A stretch of 63,873 bases of DNA, counting the filler, from Myxococcota bacterium (lineage in GTDB: Bacteria; Myxococcota; Myxococcia; Myxococcales; Myxococcaceae): the NCBI GenBank assembly GCA_049322255.1. It is 4 parts of 4 records of this genome, joined end to end, with 100 filler letters (N's around TTAATTAATTAA, not from the genome) between each part and the next. Parts side by side here need not be neighbours in the genome. Positions count along the whole stretch, not along the records: positions 1 to 18,449 come from JBMORE010000084.1; 3 more parts are not named here. One strand, given 5' to 3'. Numbering within the stretch: the stretch's first letter is position 1; every line of letters begins with the position of its first letter. Below, one piece after another: positions 1 through 9,795 of the stretch. The position numbers were made by a program, and so were the translations under genes. Under the pieces are notes generated by a model. It did not search any database and had not been told where the DNA came from. It saw only the letters and a list, made by a program, of their open reading frames with translations.

Positions 1-70
1 GTTGCACTGCCGTTCAATTGGCGGCCGAGGGCGAAAAAACGAAAGACCGCCTCCAAGATGACTGGATGAA

Positions 71-120
71 TGAATCGGAAGTTTCTGCTGAGCAGTTGAA
101 TCGGAAGTTTCCCCTGAGCA
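71..120. repeat. Two 24-bp direct repeats TGAATCGGAAGTTTCnnCTGAGCA (26-bp period) upstream of the 195 gene
   Basis: 71-94 and 97-120 match at 22/24 positions. Confidence 0.85.
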
Positions 121-194
121 TCGACAGGCTGTAGGCGCGCATTTGACTCCACGGCCACCGGCGCACTACACGCCTGCGCTCTTCGGAGGCGGCA

Positions 195-1301
195 ATGCAC
201 GCATGGCTGGCGACGATGTTGGCGCTCGCGCTTGGTGCCTCTGCGCGCGCCGAGGAGGTCTCCGCCACTCCTCCGCCGGCCACCTTCGGAGGCTTCGACG
301 TCGGCGTGTCCTTGTTCGAGGTCTCGGGCCTGTCCTTCGAGGCGGAGGCGTACGAGAACCAGCTGGCCCTCGTTTTATCTCCCAGCTTCGACTTGGGCAG
401 CCGCTTCTTTTCTGGCACCTGGGCCGAGCCGCTCTCGCTCGCTGCCGAGTTGCAGCTGGAGGGTGAGCTTTCCGGAAGCGACCCCCGCTTTCGCGGTACC
501 CATTTCGGCTCGAGCGCGCTCTTGCGCCAAAGCCCCGAGCGCCTGGCGCTCCCGGTGGATCAGGTCGACGGGCTCGAGCGCCGAGTGCTCCTGTCAGACC
601 TCACCTTGAGCGCGAGCCACGACACGTTGGCCAAGCTCCCCTGGAACGTGGTGGTGGGCGGTTCGGTGCGGGTGGTGTTGCCGACGTCGATTTCCTCCTG
701 GAACGCCAGCCTCGTCGCCGCGCCTTCGGCGGCGGTGTCGCTCTCCAGGGAGCTGTCGCGCTTCACTTTCGGCTACTCCTTGCGCGGGGTGCTCTACCTC
801 TTCGGCTCGGCCACCGTGCCCATCGCGTACAACCCCGAGCCAGTGGTGGTGAACGGGCAAGAGGTCGAGCCCTACCGGCCGACCAGCGGCGAGCTCAACC
901 CCAGCCACGGGGTGGTGAACACCCTTTCGATAGCGGTGGAGCTGCCGCGCACTTGGTCCCTCTCCGCCGAGTACTCGCTCCTGGATACCTGGGCGCACCC
1001 GCTCTCCGGATGCCAGGTGCCCGGAGTACCCACCGCCGACGTCTGCCGCGACGGTCCTCTGGTGGGCTCGGTGCAAATGGGCGGCGGCCAGCGCGACAGC
1101 CACACCTTCCACCTCGAGGCGGGCTTCAAACCGCTTCCGTGGGGCAGCTTGGCGGTGGGTCTGTCCACCTTCCGCCCCTTGCGCGCGCCGGACGGATCCA
1201 TCGGCAACCCCTTCCTCCACATCACCCGCGACAACTACTCCACTCTCTACTTGTCCTTCGCGGTGAGCGCCGCGGAGCTCGCCCACGCTTCATCGAAGTA
1301 A
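195..1301 (+). CDS. Secreted hypothetical protein, probable outer-membrane beta-barrel
   Basis: Signal peptide (ASARA), many alternating aromatic/aliphatic beta-strand segments, GC3-rich frame, 15 bp upstream of the metalloprotease. Confidence 0.65.
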   Translation: MHAWLATMLALALGASARAEEVSATPPPATFGGFDVGVSLFEVSGLSFEAEAYENQLALVLSPSFDLGSRFFSGTWAEPLSLAAELQLEGELSGSDPRFRGTHFGSSALLRQSPERLALPVDQVDGLERRVLLSDLTLSASHDTLAKLPWNVVVGGSVRVVLPTSISSWNASLVAAPSAAVSLSRELSRFTFGYSLRGVLYLFGSATVPIAYNPEPVVVNGQEVEPYRPTSGELNPSHGVVNTLSIAVELPRTWSLSAEYSLLDTWAHPLSGCQVPGVPTADVCRDGPLVGSVQMGGGQRDSHTFHLEAGFKPLPWGSLAVGLSTFRPLRAPDGSIGNPFLHITRDNYSTLYLSFAVSAAELAHASSK

Positions 1302-1316
1302 CCGTCGAGGTTTTCC

Positions 1317-4300
1317 ATGTCCCGTTTTCTTGCTGCCGTCCTCCTCCTTTCCGCCGCCTGCGCCGGCCGCCCCGAGCCGCGCGACACCATTCAGGTCGAC
1401 GCCATCGCCAAGAGCGACCTGGAAGGGGTCTGGTACTACCAGCAGACGGTGGTGGGGGTGCCCTTCACCACCGGCTTCACCTTCATCGGCGAGCAGGGCG
1501 ATCAAGGGCTGGAGAAGATCCGCTGGGACATTCAGGAGGACGTGCTCACCGCGCGGCGCTCCTACGAATTCGTGCGCGGCACCGAGCAGGGCGAGCCGAG
1601 CAACGCCGGCAGGGAGTACCTGGGCGCGCCGGTGGCCGCCTTTCGCATCAAGAGCCACTTCGACATCGTGCGCGAGTACAACCCCTCCACCGGCGAGGAG
1701 TACGACAAGCTGGTGGAGAACACCGAGCGCAAGTGGTTCGAGCGTGCCTTCATTCGCGTCGACTGGTCGGAGAACCTGGTCACCAACTTCCTCTTCCTCG
1801 CCGACTACAACCACGACGTCTTCGGGGCGATCAAACAAGACTCGGCGCCGTACTACGTCAGCGATCCTGAAGACCCCGACGCGATGCGTGTGGAACGAGC
1901 GGCGCCCGACCAGCCGGCCAACTACCTCGAGGTGACGCAGAAAATCATCGCCTCTCCGGAGACGGTGGATTTCGTCGACTGGGCCAACGTGCCTTTGTGC
2001 TTCCTCGAGTACTCGACCTCCGACTGCGCCAGCCAAGAGATTCGCGTGCGCAGCTCCTTCTTGCGCGTCACGCCGCGCGACTACGAGCCGTTCGCCTACG
2101 ACGACAAGCGCATGGAGCGCTTCGGCTACTTCACCACCACCCGCACCTCCTACAACCGGCAGTACGGCCAAACCGAAAGCGGACGCATCCGGCTCATCAA
2201 CCGCCACAACCTTTGGCAGAAGAGTCTCACCACCCAGGCCTGCAAAGAGGACAGTGAGTGCGCTCCGGCGCAGCCCGGGGTGCGCTGCGTCCGCGAGCTA
2301 CCCGACGCCCAAGTGGCGCCCGATGGCTCGGTCACCGGGCGCTGCTCGCTGCCCTACGCGGTGCGTAACCTCGAAGACCCCTCGAACCCCAACAGCCTCG
2401 ACCTGGGCCCACGAAAAGTCGTCTACCACCTCAACGACTCCTACCCCGCCGACCTCAAGGACGTCGCCCTGGAAATGGCGGCCGAGTACGACCAGACACT
2501 GCAGACCATCTACCGGCAGCTCACCGGCAAGAACGCCAACACCACCCTCTTCACCGTGTGCGTGAACAACCCGGTGAAGGCGGGAGACCCCCATGAGTGC
2601 GGCCCCGCCGGCACCCACGCCCGCATCGGAGACTTGCGCTACAGCTTCCTCTACTGGGTCGACGAGCCCACCTCGGCGCAGCTGCTCGGCTACGGGCCCT
2701 CCAGCGCCGATCCGGAGACAGGAGAAATCATCTCCGCCTCCGCCTTCGTCTACGGGGCGATGGTCGACGAGTACGCGGCGACGGCGCGCGACATCGTCCG
2801 GTTGGTGAACGGAGACCTCCCGCCAGACCGGTTCATCGAAGGGGTGGACGTGAAGGCCTGGGTGGAATCCCACCGAAACGGCACCAAGGCGCGCCAGTAC
2901 AGCCAGGCGGAGGTCGACGCCATGGGCAGCGCGATGGACCTGTCGTGGACCAAGGCGCTTCCCCGCATCCCCCACGTGAAGAAGGGCTCGGCACGTGCGG
3001 TGCGGCAGATGATTCGCGAGCGCAGCGCGGCGCTGGCGCAGACCACTGCCTTGGGAGTGGAGCGCGGTCACACGGCGCGGCGATTGGCGCAGCTTACGGG
3101 CACCGACCTCGAGCGTCAGCTGGCCAATGGAGAGATTCTCCTCGCCCGCGGAATGGACCCCCGGTTGTCGGCGGCGACGTTCGACCCGGCAGCGGTGAAG
3201 CCGCTCTCGATGGTCACCCCCGAGCGGGCTCGTCTCATCCAACGAGAGCGCCGGCGGCTGGGCGCCAAGGGAGTCGACCTGGCGGCGAGCTTCGACGACT
3301 CGGTCATCGGGTTGGCCCTGTCGCAAAAAGGAATCGATTCAGTCGACCTGTGGCGCACCTTGCGCAAGGAGATTTTTCGCTCCACCGCGTTGCATGAGAT
3401 CGGGCACACCTTTGGGCTGCGGCACAACTTCGCGGCGTCTTTCGATGCGATGAACTACCCCAAGACCTACTGGGACCTGCGGACCAAGAACGGAACGCAC
3501 ACCCCCAGGCCGCGCTACCTCGACCCGGAGCGGCCTGAAGAACAGCAGGGCGTGGCGGGCAACAGCGGCCTCAAGGGCGGCATCTGGGAGTTCATGCAGT
3601 CGTCGATCATGGACTACGGCGCTGGTTTCAACTCCGACCTCCACGGGCTGGGACGCTACGACCACGCCGCGCTCAAGTTCGGCTACGGAGACTTGGTGGA
3701 GGTCTTCAACACCACCCGGGACAACTACCTCTTGGGCGCGCTGCAGGCGACGGTCACCTGGGGAGAGCCCCAGCCGCTCCTGGTGGACTGCCCGGGCAAC
3801 AACTGGATCAGCGTGCACTACACCAAGCTGCCGCAGCTGGCCGACCTCGACGCGCGCTCCGACGTGCCCTTCTCTCAGGTGCAGCAGTCCATCTTGCGCC
3901 CCGACTGCGCCTACCCCGATGCGGTGGAGCACGACGCGCAGCGGCGCCTGGTGGTGCCGTACAAGTTCTGCTCCGACGAGTTCGAGGCTTCGGGCCCGGG
4001 CTGCGAGGCGTACGACCGCGGTGCCGACGTCTACGAAATCGCCACCGCGCTCATCGACCAGTACAAAAATTACTACCTCTTCAACAACTTCAAGCGCGAC
4101 CGGCTGGGGTTCTCTGCCGACTACTACTTGGATGACCTCTTCATCCGCTACCTCGACCCGCTGCGCTCCCAGATGCAGTTCTACGTCCTCTACCGCGCCG
4201 ACTTGGAAGACGCGCTTCCCGACGACGGGACTCCGGGCAACTTCTGGCGCGCCCCCGACGCCTGGGGCCCGTACACGGTGGCGGTGACCGAGGGCTTCAA

Positions 4301-5135
4301 CCACCTGGGCGACATTCTCACCATGCCCGAGCCGGGGCCGTACTACCTCTACCAGTTGGATGACACCCGATTGGCGTACTTGATGGATGAGTACGGCAGT
4401 GGTGCGCCCGAGTTTCGCATCGACATCCCCAACGGCCGTTTCTTCTCCACCGAGTGGGACTTCGACTCCGGCTACTACTGGTACGAGCGGGTGAGCCACA
4501 TCGGCAGCTTTTTGGACAAGGTGGCAGCGCTCGCCGAGCTCACCGACCCCGAGACGTACTTCCTCGGCAAAGACCTGGCGAGCGACACGCGGCAATACGC
4601 CATCAACTACTATCGGCTCTTCCCCAGCCAAATTGACCACGTCTATGGCGGCTTGCTCACCGACCGCTGGGACCGCCTGGGCCCCACCTGGACCGGCTCC
4701 GAATACCGGCGCCGACCCATCTCCCAGCCGATTACCATTCCGCCCGCGGGCGAATACCCGGTAGACCCGGCGATTGGCTTCTCGGTGCAGCTGTACGCCA
4801 GCGTCTTCGGGGTGGCGCTCATCTCGGGCACCTACGACCAGACCTTCGTCGACGCCTCCCGCATCTGGCTCGCCGGCAACGGGGAACAAATTACGCCCAC
4901 CCGCCCCACCACCAGCTTCTCCGACCCCGAGAGCGGGAAGACCTACGTCGCCATCTCCTACCTCCAGGGCGTCATCGAGATGGGCGTCGCCGCGCGCATG
5001 ATTCAGCGGGCCAACGAGCTCAACACCCTGGCCCAGGGCGGAGACCTCTACGCCGCTGCCGCGCTCAAGAGCTATGTGCAGATGCTCGAGGTGATGCGCT
5101 CGCTCTCCGCGGCGTACGCCAACCCGGTCTATTGA
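1317..5135 (+). CDS. Large lipoprotein zinc-dependent metalloprotease (metzincin, DUF4953/EcxA-like)
   Basis: Lipobox LSAAC; HEIGHTFGLRH zinc motif; Met-turn SSIMDY; GAGG RBS. Confidence 0.9.
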   Translation: MSRFLAAVLLLSAACAGRPEPRDTIQVDAIAKSDLEGVWYYQQTVVGVPFTTGFTFIGEQGDQGLEKIRWDIQEDVLTARRSYEFVRGTEQGEPSNAGREYLGAPVAAFRIKSHFDIVREYNPSTGEEYDKLVENTERKWFERAFIRVDWSENLVTNFLFLADYNHDVFGAIKQDSAPYYVSDPEDPDAMRVERAAPDQPANYLEVTQKIIASPETVDFVDWANVPLCFLEYSTSDCASQEIRVRSSFLRVTPRDYEPFAYDDKRMERFGYFTTTRTSYNRQYGQTESGRIRLINRHNLWQKSLTTQACKEDSECAPAQPGVRCVRELPDAQVAPDGSVTGRCSLPYAVRNLEDPSNPNSLDLGPRKVVYHLNDSYPADLKDVALEMAAEYDQTLQTIYRQLTGKNANTTLFTVCVNNPVKAGDPHECGPAGTHARIGDLRYSFLYWVDEPTSAQLLGYGPSSADPETGEIISASAFVYGAMVDEYAATARDIVRLVNGDLPPDRFIEGVDVKAWVESHRNGTKARQYSQAEVDAMGSAMDLSWTKALPRIPHVKKGSARAVRQMIRERSAALAQTTALGVERGHTARRLAQLTGTDLERQLANGEILLARGMDPRLSAATFDPAAVKPLSMVTPERARLIQRERRRLGAKGVDLAASFDDSVIGLALSQKGIDSVDLWRTLRKEIFRSTALHEIGHTFGLRHNFAASFDAMNYPKTYWDLRTKNGTHTPRPRYLDPERPEEQQGVAGNSGLKGGIWEFMQSSIMDYGAGFNSDLHGLGRYDHAALKFGYGDLVEVFNTTRDNYLLGALQATVTWGEPQPLLVDCPGNNWISVHYTKLPQLADLDARSDVPFSQVQQSILRPDCAYPDAVEHDAQRRLVVPYKFCSDEFEASGPGCEAYDRGADVYEIATALIDQYKNYYLFNNFKRDRLGFSADYYLDDLFIRYLDPLRSQMQFYVLYRADLEDALPDDGTPGNFWRAPDAWGPYTVAVTEGFNHLGDILTMPEPGPYYLYQLDDTRLAYLMDEYGSGAPEFRIDIPNGRFFSTEWDFDSGYYWYERVSHIGSFLDKVAALAELTDPETYFLGKDLASDTRQYAINYYRLFPSQIDHVYGGLLTDRWDRLGPTWTGSEYRRRPISQPITIPPAGEYPVDPAIGFSVQLYASVFGVALISGTYDQTFVDASRIWLAGNGEQITPTRPTTSFSDPESGKTYVAISYLQGVIEMGVAARMIQRANELNTLAQGGDLYAAAALKSYVQMLEVMRSLSAAYANPVY

Positions 5136-5175
5136 GGAAGTTACAGCCTCACGCGGATTCGAAGGCGCCGCCGAT

Positions 5176-5612
5176 TCTGAACGAGCTTCGAAGTGCGCCG
5201 GCGGCGCCCAGACGACTCTGAGGGAGCATCGAAGTACCACTGGCGGCGCCCAGACGGCTTTGAACGAGCTTCGAAGTGCCCCCGGCGGCGCCCAGACGGC
5301 TTTGAACGAGCTTCGAAGTGCCCCCGGCGGCGCCCAGACGCCTTTGAACGAGCTTCGAAGTACCCCCGGCGGCGCCCAGACGGCTTTGAACGAGCTTCGA
5401 AGTGCCCCCGGCGGCGCCCAGACGCCTTTGAACGAGCTTCGAAGTACCCCCGGCGGCGCCCAGACGGCTTTGAACGAGCTTCGAAGTACCCCCAGCGGTG
5501 CCCGGACGGCTTTGAACGAGCTTCGAAGTACCCCCAGCGGCGCCCAGAGACTCTGAGGGAGCTTCGAAATACCACCGGCCGCGCCCAGGAAACTTTGAAC
5601 GAGCTTTCAAGG
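5176..5612. repeat. Tandem array of about 10.5 copies of a 42-bp unit (TTTGAACGAGCTTCGAAGTRCCCCCGGCGGCGCCCAGACGSC)
   Basis: Units start at 5176, 5217, 5259, 5301, 5343, 5385, 5427, 5469, 5511, 5552 and 5594 (partial); no unique spacers. Confidence 0.97.
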
Positions 5613-5683
5613 AGGTTCTGGCGTCGCCCGTCTTGTTTACTGGCCCCTCTCCACCCAAGAGCCTTGTCTATTCGCGTGGTTAT

Positions 5684-7213
5684 TCAGAGATCATGGTGCT
5701 CTCTCAGCGCGGCGTGGTCGTCCTCTGATCGAGCGAGGGTGGCCGCTCGCCACACCGGAAGCTTGGTGGATAGCAGCCCGCTTGTGCGCGATGCGTGCCG
5801 ATCGAGGGCGTACTGCACCAGCTCTGCATCTCGCGGCGACAGGCGCGGCACTGCCTCGGCGAGCGCGGGGGCGGCGTCGGCCGACAGCTCGGCGAGGTAG
5901 AGGGCGTCGACGTGTTCGCGCGCGAGGTTCTTTTTCGCGATGAAGGCGTCAGGATTGATCAAGTTCAGCACTACCCCGAAGGAAAGCGCGCAGAGGAAGG
6001 CGCCGAAGGCGAAACGCTCCGGTCGCCACCATAAGGTGACGGCGCGCCAGAAAAGACAGGCACCCAGGGCGAGCATGAAGACGTGGCTGTCCACGCGCAG
6101 CCGGGTGTAGCCGTAGGTTTCTTCGTAGAGGTGCATGCTGTGCAGGGCGGAGGCGAGAAGGAGCATCGTCGAGCCGATCAACGCGGTGGCCGCGACCTTG
6201 AAAACGGCGGCCTGGCGGGGGCTCGAGAGGCGTAGCCAGCGCTGTACGGCGAGTAGGAGCAACAAAGTGAGCATCGCCACCGCTACCAGCTGGAAGAAAC
6301 CGCGCCGCGCATAGTCGGAGTAGGTCAGGTGGGGGATTCCCATCAGCTCGCTGGCGTCAAGGAAGTAGGCGCCCTGCACCAAGGTAAAGGCCAGGAAGAG
6401 GGTGTTGGTGGAAACGAGCAACATCGTTCCTTCGAGGAAACCCAACCTCGGTGTGGCTGGAAGCGAAGGGACGAGCTCCGAGCCAACGCTGCGACGCAAG
6501 GCATGGGAGAAGAGACCGACGGCTGCGAAGGACCAACCGGCGACCACGAGTAATCGCTCGCCCAAGTCCCACGCGGTCATCAACGGATCGAACGACAGGC
6601 GGCCGAGCGCCGCGGAGAAGGCGGGGTCTGCCGAGGAGAGGAGTGCCCCGAACAGGAGGAGAACGGGAAGGGTGAGTGCGGCTCCCCGGAGGAGGGGTTT
6701 AAGCAAAGGACCGACAACGGTGCGGGCCCCTTGCACGTCGACGGCGGAGGAAACCAGCCCGGGCGGTTTGAGCATCGCGTAGGCGACGCTGCGCAGCACG
6801 GCGAGCGGATATTGAAGGAGCGCCAAATCTTCCACCCGGTCGGCCGCCCACAGGTGCACGAGCAAGAAAAAGAGCACTGCGCTCGCTCCCACGTTGAACG
6901 GGGTGAGGCTGTCGCGCCAGAAGACCATCGTCGCGAAGAAGAAGAGCGGAGCGAGTAGCCATGTGTTCTTGCGCGCGCGGGAGAAGGCCTCCTTGCCTCC
7001 CAGCGCGAGCAGCGCCGCTACCGAGCCGACGACGAAGAGTGGAAAAGAAAGCCCCAGCGGACGCTCGTCGAAGAAGAGCTCGGCAAAGAGTCCTACTCCC
7101 ATCGCGGCGAAGAGAATGCGACGAGGACGGCGCACTCGTGCGGCCATCTGGTGAACGGTGGGCAGGTCGACGGAGAGGTCCGAGCCGCCGGCGTGCGGCA
7201 CAGCTGTGTTCAT
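5684..7213 (-). CDS. DUF4173/DUF4153-family polytopic membrane protein
   Basis: Many TM helices; motifs LLSSADPAF, YSDYARRGFFQL, YEETYGYTRLR, NPDAFIA; start set at ATG 7213 after an AAGGA RBS. Confidence 0.85.
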   Translation of the reverse strand: MNTAVPHAGGSDLSVDLPTVHQMAARVRRPRRILFAAMGVGLFAELFFDERPLGLSFPLFVVGSVAALLALGGKEAFSRARKNTWLLAPLFFFATMVFWRDSLTPFNVGASAVLFFLLVHLWAADRVEDLALLQYPLAVLRSVAYAMLKPPGLVSSAVDVQGARTVVGPLLKPLLRGAALTLPVLLLFGALLSSADPAFSAALGRLSFDPLMTAWDLGERLLVVAGWSFAAVGLFSHALRRSVGSELVPSLPATPRLGFLEGTMLLVSTNTLFLAFTLVQGAYFLDASELMGIPHLTYSDYARRGFFQLVAVAMLTLLLLLAVQRWLRLSSPRQAAVFKVAATALIGSTMLLLASALHSMHLYEETYGYTRLRVDSHVFMLALGACLFWRAVTLWWRPERFAFGAFLCALSFGVVLNLINPDAFIAKKNLAREHVDALYLAELSADAAPALAEAVPRLSPRDAELVQYALDRHASRTSGLLSTKLPVWRAATLARSEDDHAALREHHDL

Positions 7214-7260
7214 GAAATTTCCTTGCGCGTTTGTGGTCGGCAGCACCTCTGCAAAGAAGG

Positions 7261-7276
7261 TGCGAGCGGCGCGCCA
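7261..7276 (-). promoter_or_regulatory. Candidate sigma54 (-24/-12) promoter for the DUF4173 gene
   Basis: Minus strand TGGCGCGCCGCTCGCA = GG-N10-GC, about 48 bp upstream of the ATG. Confidence 0.5.
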
Positions 7277-7354
7277 CAGGAGGGAAATGTGTCGCGGGTG
7301 AGGGGAGCGCGTCCCTGCGGCCACGGGTGCGGGTCGGCGAACGCACGTTCGGGT

Positions 7355-9793
7355 CTAGAAAGTCAGCTCTACGTTGGTCCCCGCAGGCACACGCAACCAC
7401 AGTGCTCCGTCCCAGAACCAACCTTCACTGGAAGCCGCAACTTCCTCGCGGCTGAAGCGCTCGGTCAACGAAACTGATGCGGGTCGACCTACCCCGAGCA
7501 ACTCCATCACCGCTCCCTTGGTGAACACCGTGCCGCTCTGCAGCCCCACCGCGCTCAGGGAGATGTCGATGCGCGTTCCGTCGTAGAGGGTCATCTTCCC
7601 TTCCGGCACCGCGCGCACCCAGAGGACTCCGGCATCGTTCGCGAAGGAGTCGACGTCAGCCAGGGTCGCAGGTGACAAGGTGTCGATGGTCGGACGCAAC
7701 ATGGGCACGATGCCACCCCGGCGGATGTAGAGCGGCAACCGTTCGAGCGGGGCGGCGACGTTCTCCTCGCCGCTGTGCACCGAGCCGTCCCACCAGTCAA
7801 TCCATTCGCCCGGAGGAAAGAGCACGAGCCGCGAGGTGGTGTTCGCGCTCACCACCGGCGCCACCAGAAGGTCGTCTCCGAAGAGGTACTCGTCGTTCGG
7901 GTGCCGCCCCAGCTCCGGGTAGGCGAGCCCCAAGGCCCGCTGCAGCGGACGGCCGTCGGTCGTCAGCCGTTGCGCCAGCGTCCATTGGTAGGGGAACAGC
8001 CGCAAGTGCAGCCGCGCGTATTGCCGATACAGCTCGAGCGCGGCATCATCGCGGCCGTTGGCGGGGGTGTATTCCCAGGGCATCTGGCTCGAGCTGTCAC
8101 CGGTCTGCATCACGGTGGAGAGCGCCGATTGCTCGACCCAGCGGATCCACGTCTCCCGGTTGGGTGGGCTGTGCCGGTAGCCGCCGGTGTCCGCTCCGAA
8201 GAAAGGAAAGCCCGAAGGTCCCAGCGAGAGCCCGGCGACGACCGCGCTCGGCAGCCCCCCCGTGCCTGCCACCGTCTTGTCTCCATCGACCACGTCTTCG
8301 CCCCACTTCGTCAACGTGGCGTCGATGTCGCCGGGCCAAATCACGCTCGCTTGTTTTTGGTCTCCCCACTTGCCGGCACGGCAGAGCAAGAACGCTCCCT
8401 CGGCTGGCACCTTTTCGGCGTAGGCGCGGTGGTAGAGAAGGGTGAAGTCGTGTTGCATGGTGCGCTCGGTGCTTCCGTCGGAGAACTCCCAGCCGGTGCC
8501 TGCGCCCGCCAGGCCAGCGAGCACCTCTTCGCCGTAGTCGAGCTTGAAGCCCTCGACGCCCAGATCGATGTAGCGCTGAACCTGTCTCTGCCAGAAGGCG
8601 AAGGCTGCTGGACGGGTGAAGTCGATCGGCGGCCCCCAGCGCGCGGTCGGCCCCAGCTGGGGAGGGAAGTAGCCGCTCGCTTGGGCCTCGTCGTGCAGGG
8701 CTCCCGCGGCGGGCTCGAGGTAGGGCGTGTGCCACAACGCCAGCCTGAGCCCGGCATCGTGGAGCGTCCGCACCATCGCCGGTGGGTCGGGAAACAATGA
8801 GGGGTTGAAGTCGAAGGTGTTCACCGCGGTCGCGTAGGGTCGGTCAATCCACATCGCCGAGGTGGCCAGGTCGAGCGAACGAATGCGGGCCACGTCATCG
8901 AGCACCTGGGCTTGGTCAAGGCTCTCGTCGCGCCACAGCCAGGGGCCGAGCGCCCACGGAGCCGGGAGCAGAGGGTCTCCCGTCACATCGTAGTAGCGCC
9001 GGGTGATGTCGAGCGGGTGCTCCGCCGCGAAGAGATGAAAGACGAGGCCTTCGCCGCTCTGCTCCGCGGTGCCGTAGGTCACTTCGATGAGGTCGCTCTC
9101 CTCGCGGGCGACGTCGAACATCCCGTAACGCTTGCTGGCCACGAACAGGCCCCAGCCGCGGGTGCCGATGAGCAGCGGCACCGGGACATGCGTCTCGGTA
9201 TTGAGGCTCTCTAGATTCAGGTCAGGCTCGAGCTGCATCGGCCGCAACTTGCCGCGGTGATTCACCTCGTCGAAGACTTCGCCCATTCCATAGAATCCTT
9301 CGTCGGAAGCGGCGCGTAGGCGCAGACGCATGAAAGCGATGGCGGTCGTCGAGGGCAGCGGGCCTGGCACCAGCCGCGCTTGAAAGCGCCCCTCGGCGTC
9401 AGCGGTCAGCGTCAAGGTGGCGGAGAGCTCTCCCTCGAAGGTCAGCGCGAGGTCGATTTGCGTCGGTGATGTCTGTGTCGGCTCCGCCGAGGTCGGTTTG
9501 CGAAAACGAAGGCCCTTGGGAATCACCGATTGGAAAAAGGCGTCGCTCGACACCAGCCAGTACGGGTCGTAGCTCTTGGTGTCCTCGAGCGGCGCGGGCA
9601 CGGTGCCGAGCTGGAAAGCGTCGGCAGGAAAGCTGAGCAACACCGCTCCCCCACGCCGAAGCGTGAGAAGGTCGCCATCGGCGACGACCACCGAGTACGA
9701 ATCGGTGGACAGCTGCACCGGAGGCGGTTTTCCGCACGCGCCCGCCAGCACCACCCACAACATGAACTGGGCCGCTCCGAGAACGCGCTTCAC
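7355..9793 (-). CDS. Glycoside hydrolase family 31 lipoprotein
   Basis: GMGE motif, WIDRPY, GFKLDYGE (nucleophile Asp), WPGD, GADTGGY, EYLFGDDLLVAPV; lipobox LAGAC; GTG start 9793 just after the upstream stop. Confidence 0.9.
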   Translation of the reverse strand: MKRVLGAAQFMLWVVLAGACGKPPPVQLSTDSYSVVVADGDLLTLRRGGAVLLSFPADAFQLGTVPAPLEDTKSYDPYWLVSSDAFFQSVIPKGLRFRKPTSAEPTQTSPTQIDLALTFEGELSATLTLTADAEGRFQARLVPGPLPSTTAIAFMRLRLRAASDEGFYGMGEVFDEVNHRGKLRPMQLEPDLNLESLNTETHVPVPLLIGTRGWGLFVASKRYGMFDVAREESDLIEVTYGTAEQSGEGLVFHLFAAEHPLDITRRYYDVTGDPLLPAPWALGPWLWRDESLDQAQVLDDVARIRSLDLATSAMWIDRPYATAVNTFDFNPSLFPDPPAMVRTLHDAGLRLALWHTPYLEPAAGALHDEAQASGYFPPQLGPTARWGPPIDFTRPAAFAFWQRQVQRYIDLGVEGFKLDYGEEVLAGLAGAGTGWEFSDGSTERTMQHDFTLLYHRAYAEKVPAEGAFLLCRAGKWGDQKQASVIWPGDIDATLTKWGEDVVDGDKTVAGTGGLPSAVVAGLSLGPSGFPFFGADTGGYRHSPPNRETWIRWVEQSALSTVMQTGDSSSQMPWEYTPANGRDDAALELYRQYARLHLRLFPYQWTLAQRLTTDGRPLQRALGLAYPELGRHPNDEYLFGDDLLVAPVVSANTTSRLVLFPPGEWIDWWDGSVHSGEENVAAPLERLPLYIRRGGIVPMLRPTIDTLSPATLADVDSFANDAGVLWVRAVPEGKMTLYDGTRIDISLSAVGLQSGTVFTKGAVMELLGVGRPASVSLTERFSREEVAASSEGWFWDGALWLRVPAGTNVELTF

Positions 9794-9795
9794 GG

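Noticed and set aside
5176..5612. CRISPR array
   Set aside because: Units are contiguous and near-identical with no unique spacers, and no cas genes are present
5141..5900. Several repeat-derived ORFs on both strands
   Set aside because: Open frames follow from the 42-bp unit; no convincing start/RBS, and 41-bp units shift frame
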